Below, in pieces: positions 27,181-41,402 of a stretch of 64,000 nucleotides of DNA; position 1 is the stretch's first letter; each line of letters opens with the position of its first letter. Source of the stretch: Podarcis melisellensis (Eukaryota); NCBI GenBank assembly GCA_964234715.1, contig OZ174278.1; one strand, given 5' to 3'. The position numbers and the translations under genes are program-made. The notes beneath the pieces are model-generated. The model was not told the DNA's origin and made no database searches. It was given only the letters and a program-made list of their open reading frames with translations.

Positions 27181-29246
27181 AACACACTTGTTTTATGTGC
27201 CTATCAATTCTAGGGGGTTTTTCAGTCTCTTTCCTAGTGTTAAGGGTTGTTGAGTTAAAGCAGTGTTGCACATACCAAAGGCTGCAAATGTTTTGTGAAA
27301 TGATTGGACAGGGGAAATGTTGATTCCATTCACTAATTTCATTGTTGTGAACAATTCTTTGCCGTTACAACCTGCACAAATTGTACTGGAGCATTGCACA
27401 TGCTCATCAAACTCCAGCAGGTGCTGAAACTAATAACAAGCTCTCTATAAATGTATATATGGAGGGGATTGTGCTGTCCTGCAGCTTTATACTTTCATGA
27501 GATTTAAATGCAAGCCGGTAGGAAGGCTCATAGTGTTTAAATATAAAAGCTCTTAATAATGCAATCTAACATAATAATAAATGGAGAAGGGACATACTCA
27601 TTCAGTGGCACACTGCTGAAATATGAGGCTTTCACTCATCATGGAGCCAACCTCCTGCAGTCTTATTTAATTACACTGCAACATTATTACAAAGTAGCCT
27701 CTAATTGTCTAATTATGTCTTCCATTTTTAAAAAAACTTGGGTTTTTTATGCATATAAAACTTCCAAGCTGACAAAGATGTAGGGGGCCTTTCACAAAGT
27801 TGTTTAGTATCTTATTTTGTTGTTTTGTACAGGGTTTATCTCATGGCTGTTTGTTGCTACTCATTAATGCCTTCCTCGACTTGGACTACTCACCCTTAAC
27901 GTTTTGCATGCCCTGTGCCTCTCCTTTCAATATATGGTGTTAAACACTTCATGGCAATTCCCAACCTTTGGCTTCCTTTTTCAACTGAAACTAGCAGTGT
28001 GGTGCATGCACAAAATTCAAATGTTCTCCCTCAGTTCATGTTCTTAACCTGCTTTTCCCATCCAGATCCTTGATAAAAGCTTCTTCTAACACTATCCCAA
28101 TATTTTACCATGATTATGATGCCAGCTGAACAAATATGCTGCTGCTTTCTGTTTCTTTGTAGCAAATGACAGTTTCTTTGCATCCATCGTCTCCTTCCAC
28201 CATTTTGTTCTTCCCATCATCAAAGTTGCTCAACAACAGGACCACATTTTTTTATAATAAGGTTTCAGTTTTTAAGTATAGGTCTAGTCAAAACAAGTTA
28301 TATGCTCCCAGGGCTCTTTCTAGACACCTGGAAGGGCAGCCACTAACTGCCCTTATTTCTGGAGTAATTATGCTTATCTATCTATCTAGGCATACTTATC
28401 TATTTATATAGATATAATTTGAGAAAAACACCACAGTCATCTGTTAAATAGTATACTTATTGGCAATGGAATAAGTCACATTATACTGAGTGGACCTTCT
28501 GAATTTATGTCCATAGGATCCAGCAGTAGGCTCCCATGTATCTTCTACTTTTCATAGTACACTGGTTCATTTTTATATAAAATGCTCTTATAAGAACATC
28601 TTAGCTAATCCATTAAGCAACCCTCTTGTGACACTAATGACGCTGTAATATTTTGCCCAGGGCTATCCAGTATCTGAAAGCTGTTTCTTTGTCTAAACCT
28701 CTATATTTTTTTTAAAAAACCTGTCGCTTTGGTAAAAATCCAGATATGAGGTTGAAGACCAATAGCAAATATGTAAAGGATGTTCTAAAGCTCACTCTGC
28801 CATTTGTAAAACTAGACTTAGTGTCAATTAGTCTTAATGGTCCCGTATGTCCAAACTTTAATGGATCACCAGAAATTTTGTCCCTGTGGATCTGTTTCAG
28901 TTTATTATTTTTTGCGTGAAATTTCTGGATAAATGTTCCTCCACTCCTCCTCAGCTTTGGTCCCAACAGTGATTCAGATACAGATGAAGATTCTTACTCC
29001 AGAATCTATCAAAACCTCTTAGAGGTTTTGTAATCAAACAGACTATACATTTTGTTAAATAAAATAAAATGGCTTATTCTTATCTTCAAGCTAAAAGCTA
29101 AGCTTAGTAAATATGACAAAGTTATTAAGTGATGCTATATTCAGTTTGTGTCATATAAAAGATCTTTCTTTCTTTCTTTTTCTTTCTTTGCTGCTTTTGC
29201 TTGCAAAAGATAACTTGGTTTCTCCTCTGCCAACCACTCAGCTGGC

Positions 29247-29249
<3 letters not shown>

Positions 29250-29297
<48 letters not shown>

Positions 29298-29306
29298 ACA
29301 GACAGA
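29250..29306. repeat. Compound microsatellite (GT)16-(GA)n-(GACA)n
   Basis: Read directly from the sequence. Confidence 0.95.
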
Positions 29307-30299
29307 TGTGGCTTAGCACCCTGTTCAGGTGTGCAAGAGAACTCTCTTGAAGGAACTCTCTGGTGCATTCAGAGCAAGCAGGATTTCTTTCCCTTCACAT
29401 CAGCCAAGCAGCAAATCCTGCTAAGCAATGGGCACTTGCTTTCTTCCTTCTTTTTGCCTCTTCCTTGCACTTTCTGAATCCTTCCTCTGTTGCCATTTGC
29501 TTATCTCACTTTATTTCACAATTCTTTTTATCACAAACTGCTTCCCTGTTGCCTTTTCTTCTCTGCTGACACCTTCCACCTTCTCACACATTTCAAGTTC
29601 TTTTTTCCTCACACCCTTTCCTACTTTCTTTTACCTGCTATTATTGCCTTCCCTATAGACATTCACAGCCATTCCATCACACGTAACTGATCTGATCAGA
29701 AACAGCTAAAATTCCTTGTCTTCCCTCCTTCACGCACTAAAATCTACTTCTGCAAGGAGCAGGGAAATGGAAGCAGGGACACTTGAGGCATTAGGAACTA
29801 ACATTTCAGCATTCTGGGATATTTCTATTCCTGAAGAAGTCTAGAAAACCATAGAAATAGTCTTCAAAGTGACTAGAATGCTCCTGCTCTATTTAGAACT
29901 CCGTCAAGAGAGGTGTAGCTACTGTATAGGATCTGGGACATGTAAGAAATATGTACCTTATTGGGAAGAGACTTATACCTTTCACCTGTCACATTATTGC
30001 AGCCCTTCCGGTAATTGTTAGAATGGATTTTTCATCAGAATAACACATTCTAGTTCAGGCACCATGTGCAGTGCCCCTTTGGCCTAGGCAACTTTAGCAA
30101 GTGTCCAGCATGGCAGTGACAGCTTTGTAGCAATCCACCTGAAGGTCCTGACACATTGGTTGAAAACTTGTGAACTATAAAGATCAGGGATAGATGGCTT
30201 AATCTTCTGTATTGTTTTCCTAAGTTAGCACTTGTAGGAATTTGCTTCACTCATTCACTCCATTCCTAAGAAAGTGTTCTTAAATCTGTTGTTGCACGA

Positions 30300-30390
30300 C
30301 AGCACAAACTTATACAAGTCTACTCAAAAGTAAGAACCACTGTGTTCAAAAGGGTTTACGCCCAAGTCACTTGTGTATAGGATTGTGCTG
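30300..30390. mobile_element. Short palindromic MITE-like repeat
   Basis: cagcacaaacttataca...tgtataggattgtgctg inverted ends. Relatives at about 10876, 23090, 44165 and 44283. Confidence 0.65.
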
Positions 30391-32031
30391 TAACTTGCTT
30401 TCAAGAGTATAAAAGGGTACACCAATATCTCAAGAAGGAAATTTGTCCTTACCATGGTAAAAAAAGAATGATCACTCATTTACTGTGTGATTAGACAGTA
30501 GTAATAGTAATAATTTCTTTAAATGTTAATCACAGTAGACTTTCCTAGGCTTGTTAAACTCCTGTTTTATTTTTCAGCTTAAATTACTAGGCTGTAATAC
30601 TTCCTTAGATTCCAGATAAGGTATTTCCCCCATATTTTTTTTAAGGAAATGGTTAAGGGCAATAACAACTGTCGGGACCATGAAGATAGCCTTGCTCATA
30701 CTTACTAAGCCTTGGTTCATACATGAAGCCCAGGCAATACTGAAGTATCATGGTGGATGACATGTGCGTGTGTATTCCTGTCTCCATTTTGAGATAATTT
30801 GAGTGTGAACTGAATGCTGTATTTGAACATCCAAACACAGAGAAAAGTGATTCATGTGACATCCCACTTCTTTGAGGGAAGGGGGGAAATCACATGAAAC
30901 TACTAAATCTATGAACCAAGGCTGTGGGTAGGATTCAACTAATGATTTCCTTCAGTGGAAGCCCTACACAGGGACTTCCCTTTGCGCAATGATGCCCTCC
31001 CTCTTCCATGCACAAACACTGCACCACCCAAAACTGGCTTGTGGGGTCAGGACAGCCCACAGTGGGGAATTACTCTGTCATGCCAAAATGTTTGACCTGA
31101 TAGAATGATCACCTTAGCTTGATGTTCAATTCCTCCCTATGTCTTTTCAGTTTATACTTCAGACCAATAACTGGGGGGTTCGTATTATTCAGCATTCTTG
31201 TTTTATGAGGACAGTAATTTTTACCTACAAAAAATACTGTGGTCTTGATACCCTGTTCAGATGTTTGAATTCATATGGTGATGATGGACCTTCCTTCTTC
31301 AGATCTTCTCTGTGAACATGTGAGTGGTGGTTGGCAAGCTTGCTGGGGATAAGGCTAGCAGGTGCCAGCCCTGTGAACTTGCAATTCAACCAGTGGGTAG
31401 GCCTTAATGCTTTTGCTGCTGATAAAATCACTGGCAAAACTATAACCAGAATGAAAATACCAGACTGTTTTGCAAGTGCAGAGCTACAGCCAGCTTAAAC
31501 TGCTGATCTCATGAGCTTCTTCAGTCATTAGGAATCAATTATGCCTTACACTTCACAAAGTGATTGTGAGGAATAGGACTTGAGTGGACAAAAAGCAGCA
31601 ACTGTTTTATAGTAGCAGCTGTTTTATAGCAGCAACTGCAGATCTAAGAAATTCCAGATCTTTTCACTATAATAGAGCACAATTCTGCAAAATGGCTGAT
31701 TTTTCTAAAGGTGGTACAAACACATGATGTGGTGGTAACGTACTTTATGTGTCAACATCTATTAATTGTTCCCAATGTTATGAGCAATTAGAATATCGTA
31801 ATAGAAACAATAGTCTACTGCCTTAAAACTTCAGACTACAAAGCTTTATTTATTTCACAAAATTTATATACTACTTGATTGTAGAAAACGACCCCAAAGT
31901 GGTTTTTACATGATACCATGTGTTGTATTTTTAGAAAAACAAATTCCTTTTTGCAAATTATTCGTAGGCAATGTTGGTTAAGAAAGATAATTCTACTCCA
32001 TTTTCCAGATGAGAATTGAGAGAAAACACAT

Positions 32032-32712
32032 TCATAGAATCATAGAATTGTAGAGTTGGAAGGGACCCCAAGTGTCGTCTAGTCCAACCCCCTGCAGCAA
32101 TAATAATAATAACAACAACAACAATTTATTTATAACCCACCCATCTGTCTGGGTTTCCCCAGCCACTCTGGGCGGCTTCCAACAAAATATTAAAATACAA
32201 TAGTGTGTCAAACATTAAAAGCCTCCCTAAACAGGGCTGCCTTCAGATGTCTTCTAAAAGTCTGGTAGTTGTTGTTCTCTTTGACATCTGGTGGGAGGGC
32301 GTTCCACAGGGTGGGTGCCACTACCGAGAAGGCCCTCTGCCTGGTTCCCTGTAACTTGACTTCTCGCAGTGAGAGAACCGCCAGAAAGCCCTCGGTGCTG
32401 GATCTCAGTGTCCGGGCTGAACAATGGGGGTGGAGACACTCCTTCAGGTATACTGGACTGAGGCCGTTTAGGGCTTTAAAGGTCAGCACTAACACTTTGA
32501 ACTGTGCCTGAAAAAGTACTGGGAGCCTGCAATGCAGGAATCCCAACTAAAGCATCCATAACAGACGGCCATTGCTCTGCTTCAAAACCTCCATGGAAGG
32601 AGAGTCCACCACCATCCGAGAGAATCCATTCCACCACCAAACAGCTCCTACTTAGAAAATTCTTCCTGCTGTTTAGTCAGAATCTCCTTTCTTGTGATTT
32701 GAAGCTTGGTTG
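32032..32712 (-). mobile_element. CR1 LINE 3' fragment split by an L2 insertion
   Basis: tcatagaatcatagaa (ATTCTATG tail on the minus strand) with gagttggaagggacc...tagtccaaccc. The element resumes at 32526 with cctgcaatgcaggaat...agaaaattcttcct...tttagtcagaatct. Confidence 0.85.
32097..32525 (-). mobile_element. 5'-truncated L2-clade LINE
   Basis: ORF 32208-32546 (LPVLFQAQFKVLVLTFKALNGL...RAFSVVAPTLWNALP...FRRHLKAALFREAF). (TTA/TTG)n tail. CCTGCA duplicated at 32091-32096 and 32526-32531. Confidence 0.92.
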
Positions 32713-34111
32713 GTGACTGGTGTTTTCAGCAGACCATTTTGAGGTTGCGATTTGAGACTGTCCCTACAGCAGCTCATCAGGACAGCCAACCACCATTCAG
32801 CACTGCAGCTCCTGATAAAGTGAGGCAATCATGGAGAGGCTGCAGTGCAATATAAAGTAGTGCTTGGCTGAAGGCCCTCATGCTTTATAATACTGTTATT
32901 TTCTTGAGATCAACTCCCATGCTTGTTCTTCTCACCATCACTGTGTTCAAAATACTCATGACTAGAACTGAGATGAGTTTCTAGATTGCTAGAACTGGGT
33001 TTCCACTGTCATGTCAAAATTTGCATCTTTAATGAAGGAAGGCAAAGGTTGAGCAAACTGCATGAAAATTTTAAAAATGTGTTTCTCTGTTTTTAATCCA
33101 ATCACTATTTAGATAGAGCTATGCAAATGGTCCCAATGGCTGCAGGGAACTGTAGTTTAGGGACCAGGGTAACTCTGTAAAATAGATACAACTTTAAGTG
33201 GTGTGTGTGAGGGAAGAGATAATTACATACTTGGGAACTTTAGTCATATTTTTGCAGTCTAGTGTTTAATACAAAAGCATCTCTGCATGTGATAAGTAGG
33301 GGATATAAAGACTCTCAAAAACTCAATCAGTAGTGGGTGGAAGCTTCTGAGAGCACTCTTCCATTTGTTTACTTCTCTGTGCAAGTGCAGTTAATGATAA
33401 GTAAATTACCTCTGTGACACTACTGAGAAGTTTATCAAAAATTAAAACCAGGTGCAGATCAAAGATATCCCAGAAGTACATCTGATAATTACGGTAGGAT
33501 TAGTGTAAAATGAATGCATTTATTACCCATGATATCATTCAATATGTCTAGAGAATAGCGGTACTTTATTTTAATTAGCTGTTTCTTTCACTGGGTTCTG
33601 TGGTCAAACTATCTTGATAAGAAAACAAGTGTAGCAATTGGTCAGAAAGCTTGTAGCAAATCTTGTTTCAAATTGAAGCAATTTATTTCTTTAAAAAATC
33701 TACAACTGAAAAGCAATCAATGGACTTTTCCATTAGAGTAGATCCAGGCTTGTGCTACCGCAAGACTATTGTTAATTGCCTGTAACTAATGATTGCTTTG
33801 CCCTCAAATGTAACTCTTCAGCACTCATTCATTTGTTGTGTTTAACAGAATGCCATTTCCCCAAGGAAATGCCTGGTAATTTTCCTCTGCAGTTTTCAGA
33901 GCTCTCTCAGTCCTTAAACAGGGCAAGGCCTGTAATTTAATGTCATAACACAAAGTCTAAACAGATATGAAATGGTGTGAACTTCTTGTTTCTTTCTTCC
34001 CTCCTTCCCCTTGTAGTGGGAAATTATTATTAAAAAAAAAAAATCTATCACTTCCAGGACTTTCAAATATTACTTTATATTACTTGCAGCTGCTGCAGCC
34101 CTGTAACAAAA

Positions 34112-34353
34112 CAGTCATACCTTAGATCCTGAATGCCCTAGAACTCGGATGTTTTGTCTCCTGAACGCCGCAATCCCAGAAGTGATTTACGAACGTTCTT
34201 TTGGAACCCAAATGTCCAACGGGGCTTCCATGGCTTCCGATTGGCTGCAGGAGCTTCCTGTAGCCAATCAGAAGCCGTGGTTTGGTTTTTGAACATTTTG
34301 GAAGTCGAACGGACTTCCAGAACGGCTTCTGTTTGACGTCCAAGGTACGACTG
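34112..34353. mobile_element. Tc1/mariner (Tigger-like) MITE with central hairpin
   Basis: TIRs CAGTCATACCTTAGA / TCCAAGGTACGACTG, then TA. Subterminal gaacggacttccagaac shared with the 14011 and 58436 elements. Confidence 0.85.
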
Positions 34354-35989
34354 TAATGCAAAATGTAGCAGTCCTGTAACAACAAGGCAAAATGTAGCAT
34401 AAGGCAAGAGTTCATTGACAATACTGGATATGTCAAGCTACGCTGGCTTACATTTTGTAAAGTCATGTGACCACAGCCTTCCAACTGTACTGATTTAATC
34501 AGGTAAATTCCAAATATTTTTGGGTGGTGAGAGTCATGGGACTGTTTTGGATTGGATACATGTACCAACTAGTGGATTTTGTGTTGGACACATGCCATGC
34601 TAGAAGTAATGTAGGAGCATGGGATGTTACATTGCTTCTGGAATGAAAAGCATTTGGTGCAATTAGTAAGGTCAATAGAGAATACTCTCAGTTTCTCCAG
34701 ATTGATTCTGGCTTAGCAAGCAATGTGTGAGAAGTGGAGGGATTGAGTACAATCTAGAGTAAAATTAAGCAAACTTACATCCTGTTGATTTCAGTGGGAC
34801 CTAAGTGTACTTTCATCAGAACTGAAGCAAATATATGATAGGTTTTTTTTATAGTTTTAACTGTTAAAAGTGCATGAAAGTGTTCTTCAAATGAGGCATC
34901 CTATGGTCCCTAATGAGATGCCTTTAGTAGCATAAGCATTCAGTAACATACACAATAATTCTTTTTTTTAAAAAACTTCATGATTTTTTTCTGTTTGATC
35001 TTGTAATAATTGTAATCTAGTTTCTCTATACTAGTATTTTTCCCTTGTCTTAATGCATCATCATTACAGCAGGCATATAAATGGTGTATTTTGCACCTAG
35101 CAACCTGGCACATTAAATCCCCATCTTCTGGTTACCACTGAACAGCTGCATCACATGTGGCAGAAAAAGATAAACAGCAATGTAGTAAGCCAGTGCTGTA
35201 CAATTTCCATTTCCATTTATTTTCTAAGCCATTTTATTACTATTCTAATGAAACTGTTGTGGGTTTATTTATTTGAGGAAAACAAACATCTTTTCCCTAT
35301 AGATAAGAAATATTCCAAATATGTGGAACCAACACTCCTGATCTTAAAACTGTAGAATATAAAGGAGGTTACATTACCATTCTTAAGAGAACGGTGTGTT
35401 AAATAAATCCTTTTTTTAAAAAAGCAAAAAAGCAAAAATAATATTTAATTACATTTTATTGTCTTCTAGAGAACACTGAGGCTTTTATAGCAGTTGCATG
35501 CATCTCAGTAATAAAAGCATAAACATACCTAGGCAGTGGAAAGAACTATTACTGCTTATGTTTTCCCCCCTCTAGCTTTTGTATTTCTATAATTGAAATA
35601 TATGATATTGAATTGTTATAGCAGCAAATACCAAACAAAAACCACGACAATATAGCACACATGACAATGGGATAAAATTCCCTGTCAAAAATTTCCAAGG
35701 GGCAGTTGTGTCAGTTGGTTCTATCACAAACAAGGAGTCTTGTGACACCTTAAAGAGTACCACATTTATAATATAATACGTTTTCATGAACTAGTGTACT
35801 CTTGATGATCCAGGCTCTTGAGTTTTGTTTTAAACCTAACTGATAAATAGTGAATAGTCATCATGCCATCACTAAGTATAATAGTAGGTACACATACCCT
35901 CTGATAATGGAACTCAGGCTCACTTCACTTATTCATGGTCACGCCAATAAACTTCCAGGTCAGGCCCTAGATATGTATAACAGAATGTT

Positions 35990-36132
35990 GCAGCCCAACA
36001 TATTGTGGGCAAGTACTTAGCTTCACAGTTGCCTTCCTCATAGAGTTGTTGTGATGATGAAATATGGAGCATACCATGCAGGGCACCTTAAGCTCCTTGA
36101 GGGAGAGGCAGGATGTAGATAAATATAACAGT
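35990..36132 (+). mobile_element. MIR/CORE-like SINE remnant
   Basis: ccttcctcatagagttgttgtgatgatgaaat resembles the CORE domain, followed by a gctccttgagggagaggcaggat 3' part. Confidence 0.55.
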
Positions 36133-37204
36133 TGTTGTTTTTTGCAAAAATCACTAATCTGTAGTGCATGCACAACAAAGTCCTTTAATTCTGCATTCTC
36201 TTTTCCCTTTTCATCTGTCAAACAGTATTTTAAAGCTTTTTTTTATGTTGAGCCACAGCCATTTTTCTAGGCTGAATGATAGAAATATTACAAGCAATAA
36301 TGTATTTCCATTTTTTATTTTTTAGAATGACAGACTATTCGTCATCTCTAATTTCAATACAGCTTGTGAAACAATACAACAGCAATGCTTCTCTTCATTT
36401 TACCACCCCTCATTTCCTGTCTTAACAGCAGCAGGAATAATAGTATGGTCACTCGTATGCAACTGCTTGGTAATTGTGAGGGCAATGGGCAATGATGACT
36501 TTAACACTTGCAGTTATTATCTGATAAGTGATATTACCAAGGAGATTACTGTTGACAGACAGTATGATTACATTTGTCTTGAGTTGTGTGGATATTTTTT
36601 TTCATCCTTGAAAACTAACCTACATGACAGTGATCTCAATCCATCATGCAATCTCCAGTGGTACAACATAACACAAGAAAGTGGTCACGTTCCAGTGCTG
36701 AATGTCAGAAATGACAAATTGGGGTGATTTGCAACATCTAAGAGAGAGAGAGAAAAGGCAAACCTGTTTATGGAGAGTTGAGAAGGGAAGATGAATTGCA
36801 TATCAACAGGGAATGGTGTCAGAGATATTAAAACACAACCGATCCATGAGACACTGGAAGACATGAAATAATTTGTCTTCACATATTTAAATTTTGAAAA
36901 AAGGTATATATTTAGCTTCATCCTACATGACTGACAAAAAACTCATTGAACAATGCAACCGCATATGTAAACAGTTGTGCATATCACACGACTGTTGTGT
37001 ACAACAAAAAGATAACCATGGTTGTTGCTTCCTGTAAAAAATGGTGTTATACCTGTGACAAACTAGTAAAACACATGCTCTTTCTACAGACAGAATATCT
37101 AAATATCATGTATTTTTGAACTGTTGACAGCATTTTCTGCCCCCACAACATGATAATAAATGGCTGCTTTTAGTTCAGAATGTGGTGGTTATTAAGTTTT
37201 ATAA

Positions 37205-37399
<195 letters not shown>

Positions 37400-39915
37400 T
37401 AAAAAATCCATGGAATTTTAAATTGAAACAAAGTTAAAATAAAGGCAACAAAAAGGAAGAACGCAGTCAAAGCACAAGATCACCAAAGAACAGCGAAAAG
37501 AAGACTCGCTGATTCCAATCCTTCGTATATAATAGGTAAGCCTATAAAACAGCTAGAGTAAAACATGCTAAAGAGAACAACTGAGGGAATCAGGATGTGT
37601 AAATGATATTGGGCCTCTCCAAACTGATGTTTTATTGCAGGTGTATTCTGCAACATATTATTGGCACACTAACAGTGCATTGGTGGTGCATTTATTATTA
37701 GTTGTTCTGTAATGTTTCCCCAGTGCTACTACCACCTTGTTGCTGTCCAGAATAGCTATGATGCAACAAAGGTGGGAAAAGAAGAAATCCCCCAGAAAAT
37801 TTGCAGTTACAGAATTTCAGCAGAAAATTACAGGATATGCACTGACTAGAAATGAAGCAGTAAGATGATTCCAAAACTTTTGCAGGAGCAAGTAGTCTTG
37901 AAAGCAGGATCACGTATGACCACCTTGATAGAATCATGAACACAATTAATCAGGAATGCTCAATAAAAAGGATATCTAGAGGGGGCCATAGTCAGAAGAA
38001 AATATGCCTATGAATATGTAATTCAGCACTGTTGTTTGACCAGGAATATTTCTATATATGTCCTCTTGTTCAGTGGGGCTTACATTCAACTATGAATGTT
38101 TCAAATTACAATATAAGTGCTATATTAAAATACAGGGGGTGGGGGGAGTTACTAAAATGTTACTATTCTACAACAATACCATTGCAAATCAGGTCAAGAA
38201 ATTTAAGAAACACTTTAAACCACACATGTGTACTTCTGTCAGTGTCTCATAGGAGTGTGTCCTAAACAGATCCGTCTAAATCTAGATCAGTTTAATTCTA
38301 CTTTCTGGGGATGACATTGTAACAGATCTTTATTTATTTTCAGTGACCTAGAGAAGTCATTTTTTCAACACTTCCTGGTTAACAGAATCTAAAATTTGTA
38401 GTATCCAGAGGGCTTGATACAAGCACCTGGTGGTAAAACATTAGTTAGGAAATAGTGTAAATGTATTTTCTGCAACTGGTGTTTGCAGAAGAAATTTCTC
38501 ATTGTGCGTTCAAAGTACATACGCTCTGACCAGTCCATTCTTTCAACATTATTAAGTACATAGTAATGATTTATTCAACAAGAGATAAAACACATGTAAA
38601 TGGACAAAACATTGTACAATTATTCACTAGCCAGTAAGAATAAACAGTTCCCCCACCTTATAAACATTTGTGTATTGTTCCCCATAAGATGCTAAAATTT
38701 AGCAACGGCATGTGAAGAAACGGGAGCACTCCCAGTAATTCTGCATGCATGGGGATAGGATGGGAGAAGGAGGATGCAAGGGTTAAGGGAGCTGCAGGTT
38801 GGCAGTATTGCTGCCCCACTGGTGCATGTAAACCTATGGGACACTATTGGTACCAGACCAGAGCTTTCCCAACCTTGCCACTGCATTGCCCTTACCACTG
38901 CTTCTGCAATGCTGCTCATGGACCACTACTGTAATGATATTAGCTGCGCTATACTCAAGGTTAATCATATAAATATACTCTGCAGATATGCAATTTCCCA
39001 TTTTCCTGAAATACCCCACAAATATGTGGTATATTTCAAAACTGTAGTATTTCAGCTTATTAGAGATATACATCATAAGCTATAAATATGTGAAATAAAA
39101 ATGGCAATTGTTAATATCTTTATTTGGATCCAAAGTGAAAACTACTACAACTGCTACTAATTATTGTCGTTGTTGTTGTTTGGTTTTGTTATTTGACATT
39201 GGCTTAAATATGATTGAATTTCTTTTAGCACAGAATTCAATTTAGCAGTGATTATTCCTGACAAACTGACAGTTATGATTAACCTTAGGTACTTAATAAA
39301 AATTAATATTCACCTGGAACAGTCAACCTTGTAGTACAGGTTCATTCTCCTTATGGTTGTTAGGCTTGATTACTGGCTTGTTCCAATTTATTAAGACTCT
39401 TGATAGAGGTGAACATTCATTTATTAGATCTAACAGTTTAGAAATTGAGGGAAATGGATTAGGGGGGGGGAATCAATAAAGTACAAACAGCATCTAATCA
39501 CACTTTATATCTCTTTGCTATAATTTTCACTCCAGTAATGTCTAAATTATACTGGTTTTGAAGATACTAGCACTAGCAAAAATACACAATATGTCAGGCA
39601 TTTGCTAAATTGAAGATATATGTAAGTTCTTCTATTCATGATTAACCCTGAACATGGGGGCTTAGTTGAATCTTAATCAAGTATGCAGAAAAAATGTTAA
39701 TGTTGTAACAATTCTGTCAAACAAATTGTGGGTGGAAACGCTCCTTTCATTTAAAGAACACTTTGAGCTCCTAGGAGAGCTCCAACTGGCAGTGAAGGGG
39801 ATAAGGAATTATGCCTATTTCTTCCTTAATTCCAGAACCACTATACATCACTCAAATTTTACCACCCAATGCCTGCCTCTTTCCTGTCTGACGCTCCAAC
39901 CCTGAATCACTCTGA

Positions 39916-40375
39916 CAAAGGCGGATTTAGGGCAGCGTGACTACTTCCTCTGTACCAGGCACAGGCAAACTCAGCCCTCCAGATGTTTTGAGACTACAGT
40001 TCCCATCTTCCCTGACCTCTGGTCCTGTGAGCTAGGGATGACGGGAGTTGTAGTCCCAAAACATCTGGAGGGCCAAGTTTGCCTATGCCTGCTTTGTACA
40101 GAGTGCTCCTTCCCAAAGCCTAGTAAATACTTGCTTCACGAAAGAGGTGTGAGGGCTCTGGCAAGGTCCTAGAGACCTCACACAACCTCCCCAAAACCTA
40201 GTTAGCACTTTCCCAGGTTTGGGAAGGAGACAGAAGACACTCTAAGACACTGGCAGAGCCCTCAGCCCCATTTCCTCACTTACCAGACTTTGGGAAGGCG
40301 GCATGACTGCTGGGTGGGGTGGGGGGAGCAAATTTTGGCCTCACACAGGGTGCTGTATTACTAAGGTCTGCCCCG
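39916..40375. mobile_element. Older hAT-like element hosting MITE copy 3
   Basis: Ends CAAAGGCGGATTTAG / CTAAGGTCTGCCCCG. Flanks CACTCTGA / GAGTCTGA (6/8). Confidence 0.55.
39956..40091. mobile_element. 136-bp palindromic hAT MITE, copy 3
   Basis: CAGGCACAGGCAAAC...GTTTGCCTATGCCTG. TSD CTCTGTAC / CTTTGTAC. Confidence 0.93.
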
Positions 40376-40599
40376 GAGTCTGAGCCGTCAAACCTGACCT
40401 GTAACAATCCATGGCTGCTGTAGCTGACTTGTCCAATGCCCATATCTCTCTGAATATGCCCAATCTGCTTTGGGACAAAATCCTACAACCAAGATTAAGA
40501 TTAAATTTGGTTGGCCCCCATCGCAGTCCTCAGGCAATGGTTCAGTCTCTCCACAGCTTCCATGAGATATGATGGTGAGAAGAAAAAGAGTTAGGTATC

Positions 40600-40830
40600 A
40601 TCCACATATTAGTGGCACAACTTCAGATCTTTATATAGTCTTTGCTGGCGGTTTTGTGTAGATATTAAAACAATATTGTGTCCGTTTCTTCCTGGATCGA
40701 ATAAGTTTTAGAGATTAGCTTCATACATTGTTAGACATAAAAAATATTTATATTGTAACATGGGAAATAAAAATTCTTGTATACCATTCTATCAGAAACC
40801 ATCTAGTCCTGGGGCTTTTGCTATTAGCAT
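40600..40830 (-). mobile_element. L1-clade ORF2 relic
   Basis: Minus strand 40795-40821 reads AKAPGLDGF (KAPGPDGF motif), followed by a disrupted EWY. Confidence 0.6.
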
Positions 40831-40850
40831 TGAATGAATGACACAAAAGA

Positions 40851-41402
40851 TGTCATGATAATGATATGATAATCACACGATCTGATACTCATTTGCAACT
40901 GGTATGTTAATATCCTGAAAGAGCTCTTGAGGGTTATTATGATTAGATCTAACAAGGAAACTGCATGAGGGAGCAGGGGCAGGCTGCTTTAAATACCCAA
41001 AGAGTGGACCCAAGTGAAGCCTACTGGCCTCAGTTGGTCCCACCTCCCAGGAAGAGGCTGACCCCGAGCCTGCTTGCAATAGGCCAATTCACCAGGCAGG
41101 CCTAGACACCAACCTCCTGGACAGCTCAGAGGACCAACTGGATCCCCCATTGCCAGAAGACTCCTGCTGGCCAGGAGCCCTGCAGGCCCACGACGACACC
41201 TCGACAAGTGGCTAAGCGGAATTGTCTTCCTTACATAGTTCTTCATGGAACTTCTTTGGGCAATGGTTCCTGTTAACTAGACTGTTTCTTGTATTGCTTC
41301 TGTAAAGCTTCTGTTTCTGTATTGCTTTTAATAGAATGCCAGTAGCTCAATAGCCTTCTCTTCAGACACCTAACAGAACTGTGCAGTTTAAGAACTCTAG
41401 CA
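40851..41402 (+). mobile_element. Possible solo LTR
   Basis: GC-richer block with TG...CA candidate ends, a TTTAAATA TATA-like motif near 40988 and a T-rich distal part. No convincing TSD. Confidence 0.3.

Noticed and set aside
29113-29690. Cluster of overlapping short ORFs
   Set aside because: Produced by a microsatellite and pyrimidine-rich low-complexity sequence.
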